This document shows, one piece after another, positions 61,435 through 64,000 of a DNA stretch of 64,000 bases. The notes below the pieces were generated by a model. The model saw only the letters and a list, made by a program, of their open reading frames with translations. It did not search any database and was not told the origin of the DNA. The position numbers and the translations under genes were made by a program. Within the stretch, counting starts at the first letter, position 1, and every line of letters starts with the position of its first letter. The stretch is from Guillardia theta CCMP2712 (Eukaryota > Protista > Cryptophyta): NCBI RefSeq assembly GCF_000315625.1, contig NW_005434641.1, positions 387,113 through 451,112 on the forward strand, in the 5' to 3' direction.

Positions 61435-63404
61435 CTACATCCCCGACCCCATTCCCATCCCCGTGCCCGACAACCACATGTATCCAGGACCTTGTTCCTG
61501 ATGCTTCACAGTAACCTGTAGCAGAAAATCACAAAATTCTCTCCTCAACCTCCTCCTCCTCCTCACCTGGTTATTGAACACATCTGGCATGCCGGGCAAG
61601 GAGTTCACGTTGGGAAAAGGATTCATCATCCCCCCCACCAGCAGGTTGTTCACACTGTGAGTTGGCAGACCGACAGGATTTGGAAGCGAAGCCCCTCCTG
61701 CCTGCTGCACAAACCCCCCGGAGAAGGCAGGGAGGCTGCCGTCTCCTGCGAAGGATGCTGCTATGTTGGCCATGTTGAAGAAGGGAGCAGAAGGTTGTAT
61801 CTCGCATGAGGAGGATGGTGCCGAGTGCATGTAAGAGGAGGAGGAGGCGAAGTCGAGGTGAGGATGAGCATAGCTCGCTGCCTCACTCTCAAACTGCAGC
61901 TGAGCCTCGCTGGCGTGATGGAGCATCGGCTGAGACCTTCAAGACCAGCAATCAGTACCTGCCTGGTCCCCTTCCACTCCCACTGCACTACCCACTGCCT
62001 TCCCACCTCTACCAATCTCCCCTTCCTTACCTTGACATGGCTCCAATCGGGCTCTCGTGGCTGTAGAAGTTGGTTGTGCTGGGAGAAGGACGTGAGTCTA
62101 CTGCGGGGGGAAGGGGCAGAGCTCGCCCTCACCTTGTTGAGTTCATCGGAGGATGCAGGTCCTCCGGAGCTGAAAACGGGGGGTTCTGGTGATGGGCAAA
62201 GTTGGACTGATTGGCACGCAGCCCGTTGGCCAGGCTGACGAGGTGAGCGAAGCGGCTGTCAATGATGGAAGCGAGTTTGTCGAGCTTCTTCTTGCCGTTG
62301 GGGGTCCTGCATCGACGTCAGTCAGGAGGAGGGAGAAGGAGGAGGAAATAGCATCTCCTACCTGCACAGCGTGTGGATGCTCTCCTTCTGAGCGAGGGTG
62401 CCGTCCTCGATCAGTTGGATCCCGCTCTTGGGCTCATCGTCCAGCGCCTTCATCATGGGCTCGCACAAGTCGGGGGCCTGGAGGAGAGCGCGGTCGTACT
62501 CCTCCGCGCTGATGGGGGCGAAGGACATGGCGACTTTGCAGACTCTGCCAGCTGAGTCGTAGAGCTTCTTCGTCGTCGAGCGCACCAGAACGCCCTCCTT
62601 GTGGCCCTGCTTGAACAGGTTCTTGGAGAACCGCAGGTAGTGGACTACTGTCGGGTTGCTCATGCACAGCAGGTCTTCCAGGATCATGCACAGGTATCGC
62701 AAGTCTGTTGTTGGAATCCTCCCGTCATTCCCCGCCATCTTCGCGAGCCATTCCTCCCGGCTCAACCCAAAGAAATCGGCCATGACCGCGTTGCAGTTTA
62801 CGCTAGTCCGCTTTTGCAGGATGGGGTCCCAGGTGAAGCACTGATAGCCCAGGTTCGTCGAGTCCCACCCGCTCGTGTCAGTCGAGAACATGGCGTTTGC
62901 ACAAGTGTCGTTCATTAGCTGGTGACCTGAAGGGACGTCCATCACGTGGTTCATCGATGCCATGGTCTCCACGGCAGACACAGCGTTTGCGATGGAGGTC
63001 TGGAGGGAGCTCGGCATGGCATTGAAGATAGCTTCAAGGTCGTTGGCAACGAAGCTCCACTCCCACACGAGCCGCAGGATCCTCTGAGGTAGCTTGCCGA
63101 CGTCGGTATCCCTGAACGCAACGTCATTGTAGATGAGCATCACCCCATCCTTCATTGCGATCTGAGAGCTCTCGACCTGCTCTTCCGGCTCAATGGCCGT
63201 ATCCTGCCCAGAGCAGAAGATTCCTTTCGCAATGCACCTCTTACACGGCCGCGAGTCCTGGCACTTGGCCTTAGCGCTCCTACAAGCATCACACGCCTTC
63301 TTGGTAGGATGACGGCTCGACGAGAGCCATCTCCTCATCTTGTAGAGGTTGCCGGGCTTGTTCCAGTACTCTGGATCGAAGGGTTCATCGCTCCTTCTCT
63401 TCAT
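61435..63404 (-). CDS. Zn(II)2Cys6 binuclear-cluster transcription factor (multi-exon)
   Basis: KKACDACRSAKAKCQDSRPCKRCIAKGIFC = C-x2-C-x6-C-x5-C-x2-C-x6-C, with a low-complexity C-terminal exon. Confidence 0.85.
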
Positions 63405-64000
63405 GCTGCTTCTGCCCTGTTCGAGTTTTGCTGATTTTCTATATATATGAATGGCACCAACCCGCTCAGGTTCCGCTGTGAGCGAAGAGGGAGTGATGGA
63501 GGAATGGAAGGAGAACTGGCAAGGAACGGAGAGAGCGAAGCAGGGAACGGGGAGTGAGAGGAGGGGAGAGTGCGAGGGGAGGGAGAGGGGGGAGGCGACG
63601 GGGGAAGGGGGGGAGGGGGGTGGGGGAGGGGGAGGGGGAGGGGGAGGAGATGGGATAGGAACGAGTGAAGGGTGGAGGACGGAGGGAGACGGGAGTCAAT
63701 TTATTCCAGGCAGGGATTTAACTACCCCCGCATCACCCTACCCACCCTCTCTTCCACCCTCCGGACTCAGCACCCTTCCCATGGGGCCAGTACCTCGAAA
63801 TTGAGGGATGAGAGCAGGTGGGGTCCATTTTTGGCTGGTATGTTCCTTCATGGTGGGGTAGTCAGTCTCAGGGGTCCTAAATACCCGTCCATTCTCATTG
63901 CTCCTCTAAATCGGAGGGGTAAAACAGACCAACTTCATTATTGGGACTTCATGTGGTGGGTACTGACATATGAATGTAAGGGGTATACAAATGAAAGTAC

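Overview
Eukaryotic nuclear DNA: gene-dense, GC-rich, with many short GT-AG introns full of simple repeats and several N gaps. Bipartite targeting leaders, a starch synthase with a signal peptide and type III glutamine synthetase suggest an alga with a secondary red plastid, probably a cryptophyte such as Guillardia theta (inference, no search run). About 20 protein genes are recognisable: a tandem-repeat protein, RluA-type pseudouridine synthase, ZIP transporter, Sel1-repeat protein, FANCI-like protein, Gar1/Naf1-like protein, alpha-kinase, phosphoglucomutase, BRF1, ATP synthase subunit f, a spliced 59-aa microprotein, a plastid-targeted orphan, GSIII, WDR82/Swd2, ATP-PFK, NEK kinase, GT5 starch synthase and a Zn2Cys6 factor. 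There is also a scrambled ~8.7 kb cluster of a CRE-like (RT plus restriction-like endonuclease) non-LTR retrotransposon and a decayed EsV-1-7-like repeat relic. Best leads: (i) recurrent CCGG-rich islands in 5' intergenic DNA while genes appear CCGG-poor; (ii) a ubiquitin-tail-like LRGG motif at the end of the N-terminal leaders of unrelated proteins; (iii) the sense/antisense retroelement mosaic with a YADN RT; (iv) an alpha-pseudokinase; (v) two small spliced genes missed by the ORF track. Exon boundaries were read by eye and many gene ends are approximate.
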